Below, in pieces: positions 49,839 through 60,357 of a stretch of DNA of 64,000 bases. Source of the DNA: an uncultured delta proteobacterium (lineage in GTDB: Bacteria > Myxococcota > Myxococcia > Myxococcales > Myxococcaceae); NCBI GenBank assembly GCA_963713045.1, contig CAVQKE010000001.1, positions 64,001-128,000 of the forward strand, read 5' to 3'. Both the position numbers and the translations under genes were made by a program. The notes under the pieces were generated by a model. It made no database searches and had not been told where the DNA came from. It was given only the letters and a program-made list of their open reading frames with translations. The number at the start of each line of letters is the position of its first letter. Position 1 is the first letter of the stretch.

Positions 49839-50112
49839 GTGCGATTCACTTGGGATCCGAGAAAGCCCGCCGTCAACCTGCGCAAGCACGGGGTCTCCAT
49901 CAGGAGGCGGCTTCGATCTTGCGGATCCGTTGCCGCTAGCCGTCGAGGATGCCGTCGATCCCGGGCGTACGCTCCTGATCGGATTGTCGGATCGGCGGCG
50001 GCGTGGGTCCTCCTCTCCGTCTATACGGGAGATCGAAGACGACACGATCCGTATCATCAGCGCTCGACGGGCCACATCGCACGAGAGGAGACACCATGAA
50101 GAAGGCACGTAG
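49839..50112 (+). CDS. BrnT family toxin, frameshifted
   Basis: VRFTWDPRK..NLRKHGVS and IRIISARRATSHE in different frames. Confidence 0.82.
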
Positions 50113-50400
50113 ACACGAAGACCCGTCCCGAGCCGCACTAAGGGAAATGCCCGAGGTGGACTTCGAGACTGCCCAGGTTCGGCGCAACCCGTACGCGAAG
50201 CGTATTGCCGCCGAGGGCATCGTTCACGTTCGTCCTGGTAGGCCAAGGAAGGGGGAGGAGAGCGGCCCTACCATCCCTCGCTCGATCCGGTACCGGCCCC
50301 CGTCTGGAAGCGGCTCGAAAAGCGCGCCAAGGCTGAAGGGATTACACTGCACGCTGCGCTTCGCGCGGCCATTATCGAGTGGGTGAGCCGCTCTCTCTAG
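50096..50400 (+). CDS. Antitoxin (BrnA/CopG-like ribbon-helix-helix), frameshifted near 50290
   Basis: MPEVDF...RNPYAKR...GRP, then PVWKRLEKRAKAEGITLHAALRAAIIEW; overlaps the toxin stop. Confidence 0.72.
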
Positions 50401-50566
50401 CCCGTGCTGACGGGCAGCGCGGCAGCGCCGAGATCGAAGTTGACGGCCTGAACAATGCCGCCAGCGCGTCGGGTAGCGCGCACACTCTGTGGCAGCGAAC
50501 CTGGGACTCACGCGACCGGAAGCCGCGAAACGTGTTCAGAAGCGCGGGAGAAACCTAAGCGAGTCG

Positions 50567-50637
50567 GCGCACCTGATGACCAGCACCTTGCGAGAGGCGG
50601 TGCAGGTTCTCAACGCTCGGGCACATATCGGGCACAT
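50567..50637 (+). mobile_element. Probable tyrosine integrase C-terminal scar and arm-type repeats next to the tRNA-His 3' end
   Basis: AHLMTSTLREAVQVLN resembles integrase C-termini; direct repeat TCGGGCACAT x2 with 11-bp period. Confidence 0.5.
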
Positions 50638-50683
50638 GAGCAGTCCGGTTCGCCGGTTAAGCAGCGTAACCAGGAAAACACTG

Positions 50684-50757
50684 GGCGACCAACCGGGGTC
50701 GAACCGGTAACCCCCGGAGCCACAGTCCGGTGCTCTGCCAGTTGAGCTATGGTCGCC
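50684..50757 (-). tRNA. tRNA-His (GTG)
   Basis: G-1 + GCGACCATAGCTCAACTGGCAGAGC...loop CTGTGGC...GGTTCGACCC...TGGTCGCC. Confidence 0.97.
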
Positions 50758-50768
50758 GCGACGGGGAC

Positions 50769-50797
50769 TGCCTAGCGGAAACGCCAACGGGCATCAA
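50769..50797 (-). promoter_or_regulatory. Sigma70-type promoter of tRNA-His
   Basis: TTGATG-N17-TAGGCA on the minus strand. Confidence 0.4.
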
Positions 50798-50814
50798 GCC
50801 GCCCGCGCCAGAAG

Positions 50815-52206
50815 CTAAGGTGGACTCGCAGAATTCGAAGGGGCCGATGTCGCCCGCCTCGGCAGGCCCGTTGGCGACTCGGCGAGTGCATAGGTCACCC
50901 ATGCGACCGCCGCGGAGGTCTGCCCGAAGGCTTCTGCATTCACCTTGTCCAAAGTGTCACCGGCGGAGTGGTGAACATCAAAGTAGTGCGTAACGTCCTG
51001 GACGACTGAAACCAGCGGCACCTGCTCATCCGTCATTGGCGTTAGGTCGGCGCCGAACGCATCTCGCGGCAACAGGGTTCCGGCGTCTAGAGAAGCCAGA
51101 GGGGGGAGCCAGGCGTCGACCAACGCTGCAGCGCCGTTGCCACCCCGGACGGCGACGCCGAGGGGACGGTCCGCACCCGAGTCCATTTCCATGGCCGCGA
51201 CGTGGTGTGGCAACTCTGCCCGGTGAGCCAGCGCATACGCCCTTGCACCGCTCAGCCCATTCTCCTCGTTCATAAAGAGGACGAAGCGAACCGTGCGCCG
51301 CGGTCTTTCTCTCAGGCCGGCGAGGAGGCGTGCGGTTTCAAGCACCAACGCCACCCCTGCCCCATCATCCTGCGCCCCGACGGCCAAGTCCCAGCTGTCC
51401 AGGTGTGCGCCCAATAGAACAACCTCCTCGGGGTGCTCACGTCCACGCAACTCCGCCACGACGTTAAACGACTGTACCGGCGGCAGCAGGCGGCAACTCA
51501 GGACAAGGCGAACCTCGACAGCACCTAACGCTAAGAGGCGATGCAAGAGCTCGGCGTCTTCAACGGAGATGGCGGCGGCGGGAATCGTCGACTGCCCCTC
51601 CTCGAATTGCGTTTGCCCAGTGTGCGGCGAGCGTATCGAGGCCGTGGCGAGCGAACGCACCAGCGCGCCTACAGCACCCTGCTTTGCGGCCGCGGACGGC
51701 CCCTGGTTACGCAGCTCGCTGAAACGGCGGTAATCCGACGCCACTGCCATGGCGTGGTTGAAGAAGACGATTCGTCCCTTCACCGCAGCGCCCAGCGCCT
51801 TCAGTTGAGAAAGCGAAGAGACCTCGACGAGCTGAGCCGTTAGCCCACCAACTGGAGTACTAGGACTGCCGCCGAGCGCCGTCAGCGCCAGGATTTGCCT
51901 TTGCCGCCCAGGCGCTGCGAGTACCTCCCCCTGCTCGATGCCGCGGACCCATACCGGAACCAACACCGGCTCCTTTCGGGGTTCGAGGCCAAAGGCGGAG
52001 AACTGAGCCATGGCCCAAGCGATGGCGGCCTCGGCCCCGCTTGAGCCCGCAAGCCGCGGTCCAACGTGGTCAACCAAGTCCGAAAGAAGGACATACGCCC
52101 CACGCGACTCTTGAGCCTGTGTCATCAGTGGCCCGGAGGCAGCGTTGAAGTCGACCGTCGCGCCAGCGTGGAGGACAAGAACGAGAAGCGGGGCGCTGGG
52201 GAGCAT
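50815..52206 (-). CDS. M28 family peptidase (carboxypeptidase Q-like)
   Basis: GPRLAGS, PA domain, GAHLDSWD, GAQDDGAG, NEENG, EMDSG, HHSAGD. Confidence 0.93.
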   Translation of the reverse strand: MLPSAPLLVLVLHAGATVDFNAASGPLMTQAQESRGAYVLLSDLVDHVGPRLAGSSGAEAAIAWAMAQFSAFGLEPRKEPVLVPVWVRGIEQGEVLAAPGRQRQILALTALGGSPSTPVGGLTAQLVEVSSLSQLKALGAAVKGRIVFFNHAMAVASDYRRFSELRNQGPSAAAKQGAVGALVRSLATASIRSPHTGQTQFEEGQSTIPAAAISVEDAELLHRLLALGAVEVRLVLSCRLLPPVQSFNVVAELRGREHPEEVVLLGAHLDSWDLAVGAQDDGAGVALVLETARLLAGLRERPRRTVRFVLFMNEENGLSGARAYALAHRAELPHHVAAMEMDSGADRPLGVAVRGGNGAAALVDAWLPPLASLDAGTLLPRDAFGADLTPMTDEQVPLVSVVQDVTHYFDVHHSAGDTLDKVNAEAFGQTSAAVAWVTYALAESPTGLPRRATSAPSNSASPP

Positions 52207-52377
52207 CAGGGGTGCGTCTTCCGGGAAAAGGCGACCTGTCTAGCACAGCCAAAGCGCCAAATTCGTCCTGACCTCGGGCCCGTAGGCCCCTGGCGTGCTG
52301 GCATTGAGGAAAAGCGAAGGGGGCGCGCATTCATCGCTTCGTCAGCGCCGGCATGACCAGGTAGCTTCGGTCCACTC

Positions 52378-52911
52378 TTGCTACCGCTCCGCGCATTGGT
52401 CGCCGGCGCCGTCCTGCTTGTGGCGCTTCCGGCCTGGTGCAGCGACCAGGAGGCGACCCGCCCGTTTAGTGCACCCTGGTGGGGTCCCGAATCGGTGGTC
52501 CTCTACGGTGGCGTTTACGGCCTCAGGGGACCTGAGAAGTGGGAGGACGGCTTTTTCGGTTTGGAGCTGCGGGGAGGCCACTTTTGGTGGGAGCTTCGTC
52601 TCATCGCCGGTGCGTTGAGCGCCTCAGATGGTTCGGGCTACCTCTACGCCGGAGTCCTGGCCGACATCCCAGTGGCCAATGTCCTCCACATCATTCTCAG
52701 CTTCGCGCCTGGAGTTTACAGCGGCGGAACGGACTACCAACTCGGCTTTCCGCTCATTTTCCGCTCCACCGTCGAATTCTCGGTGGCTGTCGCTGGATCG
52801 GTTCGGCTGGGGGTCAGTGCGAGCCACATGTCCAACGGAAGGCTCGCACACCAAAACACCGGTGTGGAATCCCTGTCATTGACCGTCACAATGCTGACGC
52901 TTCCCTACTAA
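52378..52911 (+). CDS. Acyloxyacyl hydrolase / PagL-like lipid A deacylase beta-barrel
   Basis: LGFPLIFRS, SHMSNG (His-x-Ser), NTGVESL; signal peptide. Start uncertain. Confidence 0.8.
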   Translation: MLPLRALVAGAVLLVALPAWCSDQEATRPFSAPWWGPESVVLYGGVYGLRGPEKWEDGFFGLELRGGHFWWELRLIAGALSASDGSGYLYAGVLADIPVANVLHIILSFAPGVYSGGTDYQLGFPLIFRSTVEFSVAVAGSVRLGVSASHMSNGRLAHQNTGVESLSLTVTMLTLPY

Positions 52912-53008
52912 CGCGCGCGCAGCCTGAAACCATGGGGGTTGGTTTTGACTCCGGCAATCACCAGCTTTTCGGCCGAAAAGGCAAAAGGTCTGAGGGAGGC
53001 TCTCGCCA

Positions 53009-53407
53009 ATGACCGTACTCTGGGCGCTCGTTGCCGGAGCGTTGTCGCTCGCCGGCAAGCCGGACTTCCGGACAGATGTGCTTGCCACCCCGCTGGTTGA
53101 CGCGAAGAACGCCTTGGTGGACGCCGCGCTGGCCGTCCGGCGTGGCCGGGTGGATTGGGAGGAGGCCGAGGCGGGAGTCGAGGAAGCGGAAGCACGCCTC
53201 GAAGCAGTCCAAGCCCAACAGGGGCGGGCCCTGGAAGAACGCAAGCCTTGGCAGGGGGCTCACTCGCTCGCTTCGGCCGAGCTGAAATTGCAGACTGCGC
53301 TGAGGGCTCTGGACATATTCGGTGGCCGTTTGAGCAGGGCGGAAAAACGTCTGCAAACGGCTAATGCCGCGCTCAACCAAGCCGAGAAAGCCCTGGCCAG
53401 CCCATAG
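53009..53407 (+). CDS. Hypothetical exported coiled-coil protein
   Basis: RBS GGAGG; signal-like N-terminus; Ala/Glu-rich heptads. Confidence 0.65.
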   Translation: MTVLWALVAGALSLAGKPDFRTDVLATPLVDAKNALVDAALAVRRGRVDWEEAEAGVEEAEARLEAVQAQQGRALEERKPWQGAHSLASAELKLQTALRALDIFGGRLSRAEKRLQTANAALNQAEKALASP

Positions 53408-53500
53408 GGGCGCATTCAGGCTAGGACAGGGCGGAGCCCCTCACAGGACAGAGAGGGTTGTCGTCCGCGACGTCCAATGGTGTATGCCAGACGGCCACCC

Positions 53501-54898
53501 ATGTCTACGAACGGACGCCTTCTCGTCATCGACGATGACCGCGAAACGTGCGAGCTCCTTCAAGAGCTCTTAAGCCGCGAGGGGTTCATCGTCACGGCGC
53601 TGACGTCGGCAACCGAGGCACTTTCTCGGGTTGTGGCAGAGGATTTCGACGCCGTCCTGACCGACTTGGGGATGGACGAAATGGATGGTGTCTCCCTTTG
53701 CCGGCGCATTCTCGAAATTCGACCGGACCTCCCAGTCATCGTTGGCACCGGCCAGGGAAGCATGGAGACCGCCATCGCCGCGATGCGCGCCGGTGCCTAC
53801 GACTTCGTCACCAAGCCGTTCGACCCCAAGTTGTTGGCGCTCAGCGTCGGCCGCGGCGTCCAGAACCACCGACTCCGGAATGAGCTGAAACGCCTGAGGC
53901 AGAGCAACACGTCTCTTTCGACTCCTGGCTTCGTCGGCCGCTCGGCGGCGATGCGCCGCGTTGGAGAACTGCTGACGCGCTTGGTCGACTCGGACGCATC
54001 CGTTCTCATTCAGGGGGAAACGGGAACCGGCAAAGAGCTCGTCGCGCGCCTCATCCACTCGAGCGGCAAGCGCCGAGATGGTCCCTTCGTCGCCATTAAC
54101 TGCGCAGCGGTTCCTCATGCGCTCATCGAGAGTGAGCTTTTCGGACACGCCCGCGGCGCCTTCACGGACGCGCGAACGGAACGCACTGGCCTTTTTGTGG
54201 AGGCCGACGGCGGGACGCTGTTTCTTGACGAAATCGCAGAACTCCCTTTGGAAACGCAGCCCAAGCTGTTGCGCGCGCTTCAAGAGCGCACCGTTCGTCC
54301 GGTCGGTTCCAACACAGAACAGTCCTTTGATGTCCGGATTGTCTCCGCCACCAATCGCGACTTGGAATACGAGGTCTTCGAGAAGCGCTTTCGAGAGGAC
54401 CTCTTTTACCGAATCGACGTCGTAACGATCGAGCTGCCGCCCCTACGCAACCGCGGCGGCGACGTTCTCGAGATTGCCCAGCACCTTCTCGAGCGCTTCG
54501 CCCAGCGGACTGGGAAGCAGCCTCTCGTTCTGTCCGCCGCCGCCGCAGAGAAATTGGTGGCCTACGGATGGCCCGGAAATGTCCGGGAGCTGGAGAATTG
54601 CTTGGAACGCGGAGTCGCTCTGGCCCGCTTCGACCAGCTCACGGTGGAGGATTTGCCGGACAAAATCCGGAACTACCGCGCCGAAAAGTTTGTCGTCGTC
54701 GCAGACGACCCAACAGAAGTCGTGACGCTCGAGAACCTCGAGAAAAGCTACATCCTGCGGGTGCTTGCACTCGTCGGCGGTAACAAGTCGCAAGCGGCGC
54801 AAATGCTGGGTGTCGACCGCCGCACCCTTTACCGGAAACTCGCGCGGTACCAGCACCCGGCCGCTGCGGCGGGGAACGCGCACCACGGCGACCGGTAA
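53501..54898 (+). CDS. Sigma54-dependent response regulator (NtrC/ZraR-like)
   Basis: Receiver, [48 protein letters not shown]. Confidence 0.96.
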   Translation: MSTNGRLLVIDDDRETCELLQELLSREGFIVTALTSATEALSRVVAEDFDAVLTDLGMDEMDGVSLCRRILEIRPDLPVIVGTGQGSMETAIAAMRAGAYDFVTKPFDPKLLALSVGRGVQNHRLRNELKRLRQSNTSLSTPGFVGRSAAMRRVGELLTRLVDSDASVLIQGETGTGKELVARLIHSSGKRRDGPFVAINCAAVPHALIESELFGHARGAFTDARTERTGLFVEADGGTLFLDEIAELPLETQPKLLRALQERTVRPVGSNTEQSFDVRIVSATNRDLEYEVFEKRFREDLFYRIDVVTIELPPLRNRGGDVLEIAQHLLERFAQRTGKQPLVLSAAAAEKLVAYGWPGNVRELENCLERGVALARFDQLTVEDLPDKIRNYRAEKFVVVADDPTEVVTLENLEKSYILRVLALVGGNKSQAAQMLGVDRRTLYRKLARYQHPAAAAGNAHHGDR

Positions 54899-55032
54899 GC
54901 CGTCCATCGACCCTCCACGTTCGCGAGGAGCGGCCGAGCGTGGCGGAATGTCTCTCCCCGGGGGCACAACGTGCCAGGAATGGCCAGCCCCGTAGCCCGC
55001 AAGAGTCGCTCTTCGCCCGGAGGCCCTTCCCC

Positions 55033-55048
55033 AGGCCCAATTGTTGCT
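55033..55048 (+). promoter_or_regulatory. Putative sigma54 promoter of the csbD-like gene
   Basis: AGGCCCAATTGTTGCT = GG-N10-GC, 40 bp before the ATG. Confidence 0.55.
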
Positions 55049-55087
55049 CCAGTCTCAGGCCTTAACCACCAGCGGAGGTTGGACGAC

Positions 55088-55306
55088 ATGAATTGGTCGC
55101 AAGTCGAAGGTCAGTGGAAGCAGGTGAAGGCCCAAGTCAAGTCCAAGTGGGCGAAGCTGAACGATGATGACTTGGAACAGCTCACCGCGAAGAAGGACGA
55201 CCTCGTTGGGAAACTTCAGGAGCGCTATGGCCTCCTCAAGGAGGAAGCGGAAAAGCAGGTAGACGCCTTCGTCGCTTCGCTCGGTGCCGCGAACAAGCCG
55301 AAGTAA
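55088..55306 (+). CDS. CsbD family stress protein
   Basis: MNWSQVEGQWKQVK...KWAKLNDDDL...LVGKLQERYG; RBS GGAGG. Confidence 0.93.
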   Translation: MNWSQVEGQWKQVKAQVKSKWAKLNDDDLEQLTAKKDDLVGKLQERYGLLKEEAEKQVDAFVASLGAANKPK

Positions 55307-55380
55307 ACGCTGCGGGGCCGCTCCACAGCGCGGTCACAGCCCGCGTCCAGCGCCGCGGCGACTTCCTTTTTTCGGTGCAA

Positions 55381-57027
55381 TTAGACCAGCGGGAGCCAGA
55401 AGCGAACGGTCGCGCCTTCCGTCAAGTTGTTGGCTGCTCGGATGACGCCGCTGTGGGCCTCCACGATTCCTTTTGCAATGAAGAGCCCCAGTCCTGCGCC
55501 ATCGCGGCTGGCGTTGGAGCCCTTCCAATAGCGCTCGAAGAGGTGCTCGAGATGCTCCGGCGGGATGCCTGGGCCATTGTCGGTAACCGAGAATTGTGCC
55601 CGGTTTCCATCGAGAGTCACGGAGGTCGTAATTCGTCCGCCTCGTTTGGGCACAAACTTGAGGGAGTTCCCAATCAGGTTCGAGAGAACCTGCAGAATCC
55701 TTTCCCGGTCAGCGCGTACCGTCAGTGCTGCATCAAGGTTTTCCGTCTGTAACTGCGTCTCTTGCAACTCCGCCAATGGCAGCGCGGCGTCGACGGCATC
55801 CACCACCAAACTCGAGGCCTTCTCCGGCTTGGGCTGAACGGTCAACTTCCCGCCGTCGACGCGCGAGGCGTCCAGCAGGTCGTCAATCAGACGGTTCATG
55901 CGCGTGACGTTTCGCTCGATCCTCTGAACGAGCGGAATACAAGTGGGGGCGGGCGCCGTGGGCGTCTCGTTGAGAGTGGTCCGAAGCAATGCAGCACTCA
56001 TTCCCACGACGTTGAGCGGATTCCGCAAGTCGTGAGACACGATGGCCAACACATCGTCGCGGGTCGTCGCCGCATCCCGGGCTACCCGATAGAGGCGTCC
56101 GTTCTCCAGGGCCACCGACGCAGTCTGGGCAAGCTGGACAAGCATCGCTTCGTCGCCGGCGTCGAAGTCACCCTCCAGGCGGTCGGTGAGCTGGATACTG
56201 CCAATTGCTTTACCGTCTGGGCCGACCAACGGGGCGGCGAGGAGACCTCGGAGGGTAAGGCCGCTGAAGCGCTTCGCGCATGCCGCCTTCCAAGCTGGAT
56301 TGCCGTCCAACTCATTATTCGTCAAGCGGAGACTCTTCTGAGTCTCTTGAGCCAACGTCCGCCAATGCAAATCAACATCGTCGTCGGCAGTCGGGGACGG
56401 TCCGGTGCACTTTTCCGACAAGGAGCGGCGCTCGACGGCCCCTTTCCCGTCGAGACCATCTACCTGCGCCAGAGCGACGTTGGCACCGATGAGCTCGCGT
56501 GCGGTCTTGCTGATGAAGTCCATCGCGGCATCGAGCGATTGGGCGGCGTGGAGGCCGACGCTGGCGGTCGCAAGGCGCTGGAGTTGCGCGGCTTGCCGTT
56601 CGATGGAGCGATGGGCGTCCCTCGCCCGTCGGTCCGAGTCCCGAAGCCGCAGAGCCTGCCGGAGGCTCTGCGCGAGGCGCGCGGGGGTGAGGAGGTTCTT
56701 CGGGAGGTAATCAGCGGCGCCGGCCTTCATCAGCTGCACGGCGAGGGCTTCGTCCCCTTGACCGGTGAGGACGATGACTGGGGTATCCACCCCGCCCTCT
56801 CGGGCCTCGCGGAGCAACTCAAGGCCGTCGCCTCCCGGAAGTCCGAAGTCGAGCAGCACCACATCGAACTCCTTGCTGCCTAGGAGCGCTGATTCGGCCG
56901 AGACGAAGTCGCTCGCTTCGGTCACTTTCGCCTCGACGCCGCCCCGGCCCAATGCTCGCCGGACGGCAGCGCGGTCCACTTCATCATCGTCGACCAGGAG
57001 GAGCGAAAGGGGAGGGGCGGAAATCAT
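55381..57027 (-). CDS. Hybrid sensor kinase (REC-GAF-HisKA-HATPase)
   Basis: LLVDDD receiver, GAF, VSHDLRNPL, NLIGNSLKF, GAGLGL. Confidence 0.92.
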   Translation of the reverse strand: MISAPPLSLLLVDDDEVDRAAVRRALGRGGVEAKVTEASDFVSAESALLGSKEFDVVLLDFGLPGGDGLELLREAREGGVDTPVIVLTGQGDEALAVQLMKAGAADYLPKNLLTPARLAQSLRQALRLRDSDRRARDAHRSIERQAAQLQRLATASVGLHAAQSLDAAMDFISKTARELIGANVALAQVDGLDGKGAVERRSLSEKCTGPSPTADDDVDLHWRTLAQETQKSLRLTNNELDGNPAWKAACAKRFSGLTLRGLLAAPLVGPDGKAIGSIQLTDRLEGDFDAGDEAMLVQLAQTASVALENGRLYRVARDAATTRDDVLAIVSHDLRNPLNVVGMSAALLRTTLNETPTAPAPTCIPLVQRIERNVTRMNRLIDDLLDASRVDGGKLTVQPKPEKASSLVVDAVDAALPLAELQETQLQTENLDAALTVRADRERILQVLSNLIGNSLKFVPKRGGRITTSVTLDGNRAQFSVTDNGPGIPPEHLEHLFERYWKGSNASRDGAGLGLFIAKGIVEAHSGVIRAANNLTEGATVRFWLPLV

Positions 57028-57440
57028 GGCAATTCCACCTGGGTCCAATAGCGGTCGAAGGCTGACATCAAGTCAACAAAGCTCTGAAAGGTCACCGGTT
57101 TGAGCATGTAGCCTGCGACGTTCAGCTCGAATGCAGCCGCCTTGTCTTGCTCATCATCAGACGTGGTGAGAACCACCACCGGCGTTCGGCGGAGCTGCTC
57201 ATCCGCTCTCAGCTCTCGCAAAAACTCGATACCGTTCATCCGCGGAAGATTGAGGTCAAGCAATACCAGTCGTCGCACGCTGGGGGTCGACGATGCACGC
57301 AGGAGGTCGAGGGCCTCGACACCATCCACGGCGCGCAAAAGCGTCAGCGAGACTCTTGCCTTCTCGAAGGCGCGCTCAACGTTCATGACATCGACGTCGT
57401 CGTCCTCCACCAACATGATGTTGAGCGGCTTTGCAGTCAT
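57024..57440 (-). CDS. Single-domain response regulator (Rcp1-like)
   Basis: MLVEDD, LLDLNLPRMNG, VVVLTTS, YMLKP; ATGA coupling on both sides. Confidence 0.93.
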   Translation of the reverse strand: MTAKPLNIMLVEDDDVDVMNVERAFEKARVSLTLLRAVDGVEALDLLRASSTPSVRRLVLLDLNLPRMNGIEFLRELRADEQLRRTPVVVLTTSDDEQDKAAAFELNVAGYMLKPVTFQSFVDLMSAFDRYWTQVELP

Positions 57441-59005
57441 GAACGTGCCTCTGCCTTCGGCCAAGTGAACCGGAAGGTCGCTCCCTGGCCAGGTTGCGAC
57501 TCGACCCACACTCGCCCTCCCGCGCTCTCAACGAGCTTCTTCACGGTCGCGAGTCCGATTCCGGTGCCTTCGAGCTTGTCGCGCGATGCCAGCGTTTGAA
57601 AAATCCCGAAGACGCGCTGATGGTACTGGGGCGCGATGCCTGGCCCGTTGTCGGCCACCCAAAACTCCCAGTCTGCTCCCCGGTCAATCGCACCGATGCG
57701 AACTTCTGCGCCTTCCCGACGGGCGTGCTTGAAGGCGTTACCGAGCAGGTTCATCCAGACTTGTTGAAATGGCGTTCTGACCGCGGTCACCTGGGGGAGA
57801 TGGGAGGTAACACTCACCGCAAAGAGGCCGCTCGGCGGCGAGAGAAGGTCACGAACCTCCTGCACCAACTGCCCGACGTCGATTGCCTCGCGCTGGCCTT
57901 CAACCCTCCCCGCTCGTGCGTAGGCGAGGATGCCGTCAATCAAAGACCCCATTCGCTGGACTCGACTCAGGAGGACCCGAATGTGTTCACGGGCGCCATC
58001 GGTCATCGCTTCCCCAAGGTCCTCTTCAATCCATTGCGCGAGGTTGGCGATGCCACGAAGCGGCGTCTTTAGGTCGTGGGATGCGACATAGGCGAATTGG
58101 TTCAGCTCCCGGTTGCTGCGCTCGAGCGCTGCACTGGCTGCGTTGCGCTCGGCAAGTGCCTTTTCGGTCGAGGCAATCGCCGCCGCCAGTCTGTCACTGA
58201 GGCTGCGCTCCGCCTCGAGCTGACGTCCTAGCGCTTGCTCACTTGCCTCGAGGTTCTTTCGTTGGAGTGCGAGGCTTGTCGCTTGTTCCGTGAGAAGCTC
58301 TTCATTTTCTTGCTGTAATGCAAGGTCGTGGCGGATGGCGATATTGGTTCCCAACCCAAGCATCACTGCGAAGAGACTCCCAGCGATAATCACCCAATCG
58401 GTGACTTCGATTTCATGGTCTCGGCGATTGGCCCGCTCCAAAAGAAGACCGTGTTCGATGGAAATCATCTCGTGAATCTTGCTGCGGGCGAGTTCGGTGG
58501 TTTGATCTGCGTCATTGGCCGCGATGCTTTTTTGCGCGGCCGCCAATCCACCGCTCTGGAAGGTCGTCACCGTCTTCTCGAGCTGAGTGAGCGAAGCTTC
58601 GGCCTGTCGGCGAACTTCCAACACTCGCAGCGACTGCGCTGGGTTATCGGCGACTAAGTCGCCAACGGAAGCGAGCAACGTCCGAATCTTCTGCGCCGAG
58701 TCCTTGTGCCGTTGCAGGTAATCCGGCGAATCCGTCAGCAAGTAGGCTCGCTGTTCCATCTCCGCTTCGACCAAGCCGAGCTCCACTTGCAGCAGAGCGT
58801 CATTCACCTCCAGCGAGTGCGTCACCCACGTCTGCGATTCGCGAACCCGGTCGACGCCTAAAAGCGCGGCCGCAGCAATCAAGGCCATGACGATGGGCGA
58901 CAGGAGGGCCGCCAACACCTTCCGGTCCAGAGGCCGAGCCAGAGAACGGACCTGCTTGACCAAATGGTCCACCGCCGTTCTCGTAAGCTCGGTCCGGTCG
59001 TCCAT
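57437..59005 (-). CDS. CHASE3 sensor histidine kinase
   Basis: WVTHSLEV...EQRAYLLT...DNPAQ (CHASE3), FAYVASHDLKTPLR, GTGIGL. Confidence 0.93.
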   Translation of the reverse strand: MDDRTELTRTAVDHLVKQVRSLARPLDRKVLAALLSPIVMALIAAAALLGVDRVRESQTWVTHSLEVNDALLQVELGLVEAEMEQRAYLLTDSPDYLQRHKDSAQKIRTLLASVGDLVADNPAQSLRVLEVRRQAEASLTQLEKTVTTFQSGGLAAAQKSIAANDADQTTELARSKIHEMISIEHGLLLERANRRDHEIEVTDWVIIAGSLFAVMLGLGTNIAIRHDLALQQENEELLTEQATSLALQRKNLEASEQALGRQLEAERSLSDRLAAAIASTEKALAERNAASAALERSNRELNQFAYVASHDLKTPLRGIANLAQWIEEDLGEAMTDGAREHIRVLLSRVQRMGSLIDGILAYARAGRVEGQREAIDVGQLVQEVRDLLSPPSGLFAVSVTSHLPQVTAVRTPFQQVWMNLLGNAFKHARREGAEVRIGAIDRGADWEFWVADNGPGIAPQYHQRVFGIFQTLASRDKLEGTGIGLATVKKLVESAGGRVWVESQPGQGATFRFTWPKAEARS

Positions 59006-59113
59006 CTCAGCCCTTCGTCAAAGGCACTCTCGCATCCCCTGACCAAAGCCCCCAGTCTAAGACTAGCCATTGGGGGCCCGGATGCGACCCCCCGTTTGAA
59101 GCCTGCATGCCAC

Positions 59114-59136
59114 AAGCGGGGCAATCTGCCCCGCTT
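59114..59136. promoter_or_regulatory. 23-bp palindrome, putative regulator binding site
   Basis: AAGCGGGGCA-ATC-TGCCCCGCTT in the divergent intergenic region. Confidence 0.55.
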
Positions 59137-59176
59137 TTGCCGGCTCACCACTTCCAAAGCGCCGATATTCAGGCGT

Positions 59177-59192
59177 CGGCACGCATTTGGCA
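59177..59192 (+). promoter_or_regulatory. Putative sigma54 promoter of the sigma factor gene
   Basis: CGGCACGCATTTGGCA: GGCACG with GG-N10-GC spacing; imperfect -12 element. Confidence 0.45.
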
Positions 59193-59229
59193 AAGCGGCT
59201 TGGCGCACGCATTCAGGAGGAGCCAACGC

Positions 59230-60111
59230 ATGAAGCGCGAACCAAGCGAGGATGCCGAGACGACGGGCGCCGAGGATCGCCTCCTCCGACGGTACTTCCT
59301 GGAGGTCGGCCGGCACCGCCTGTTGACCGCCGAGGAGGAACGCGAGCTGGGTCGACGCTACCGAGCCGGCGATCAAGCTGCCGGGCAAACCTTGGTGGCG
59401 TCCAATCTTCGTTTCGCCATTAAGGTCGCGCGCTCCTACCGCTCTCCGGGACTTCCGATGAGCGACCTCATTCAGGAGGCTTCGCTGGGACTGATGAAGG
59501 GGGTCGAGCGCTTTGACCCAGAGCGGGGAATCCGACTGATTTCCTTCGCGGTGTGGTGGATTCGCGCGCAACTCCAGAGCTACGTGCTTCGGAACTGGTC
59601 CCTGGTGAAGGTGGGAACGACTCAAGCCCAGCGCCGGGTCTTTTTCGGCCTCGGCAAGGCGAGTCGGGCAGCGAAGGCCGTGGAGGACGACAGCGAGGCT
59701 CAGACGCTCGCGTTGGCAAAGTTGCTCCAGGTCGATCCCAGCGAGCTTGCAGAGACGCGCCAGCGGATGATGTCCCGCGACGTCTCGCTGGATGCACCCG
59801 CTTCTGAAGACTCGCCCACTGCGCGAGGTGCCTCATTCGCGTCGGACGTCCCAGCGCCAGATGAGCTGGTCGCCGAGCGCGAGTGGGTAGCGCACGTCCG
59901 CACTGCAGTCGACCGGGCTTTACGCGTCTTGGACCCGCGCGAGCGCTTTATCGCTGAGCGACGGCTGCTTCGGGACGATCCGCCGACGCTGGTTTCCCTC
60001 GCTGCGCACTTTGGCTTTTCTCGCGAGCGAGCGCGGCAGCTCGAGCTGCGGGCGCAAGCGAAGCTGCGGGCCGTCCTCGCCCCGCTGCTCTCTGCCGAGT
60101 ACGCCTCGTAG
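59230..60111 (+). CDS. RNA polymerase sigma factor, RpoH/sigma32-like
   Basis: [48 protein letters not shown] (RpoH box), [18 protein letters not shown]. Confidence 0.93.
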   Translation: MKREPSEDAETTGAEDRLLRRYFLEVGRHRLLTAEEERELGRRYRAGDQAAGQTLVASNLRFAIKVARSYRSPGLPMSDLIQEASLGLMKGVERFDPERGIRLISFAVWWIRAQLQSYVLRNWSLVKVGTTQAQRRVFFGLGKASRAAKAVEDDSEAQTLALAKLLQVDPSELAETRQRMMSRDVSLDAPASEDSPTARGASFASDVPAPDELVAEREWVAHVRTAVDRALRVLDPRERFIAERRLLRDDPPTLVSLAAHFGFSRERARQLELRAQAKLRAVLAPLLSAEYAS

Positions 60112-60151
60112 AGAAAGCGCCTTTCACCCCGCAGTCTTTGAAGGAGTCGTC

Positions 60152-60313
60152 ATGCTCTATTGGGCTGCAGTGTTTTTTGTCATCGCGCTGATTGCCGCTG
60201 TCTTCGGCTTCGCTGGCATCGCCGCCAGCGCCGCTGGCATTGCGAAGATTCTCTTCTTTGTCTTCCTCATCTTCGCCATCATTTCTCTCGTGCTTGGTCG
60301 ACGGGCAGTTTGA
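60152..60313 (+). CDS. DUF1328 (UPF0391, YtjA-like) small membrane protein
   Basis: [44 protein letters not shown]. Confidence 0.95.
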   Translation: MLYWAAVFFVIALIAAVFGFAGIAASAAGIAKILFFVFLIFAIISLVLGRRAV

Positions 60314-60357
60314 TCCAGGACAAGAGGGCTTGCGACCCCACGCTGAGGTGCCCATCT

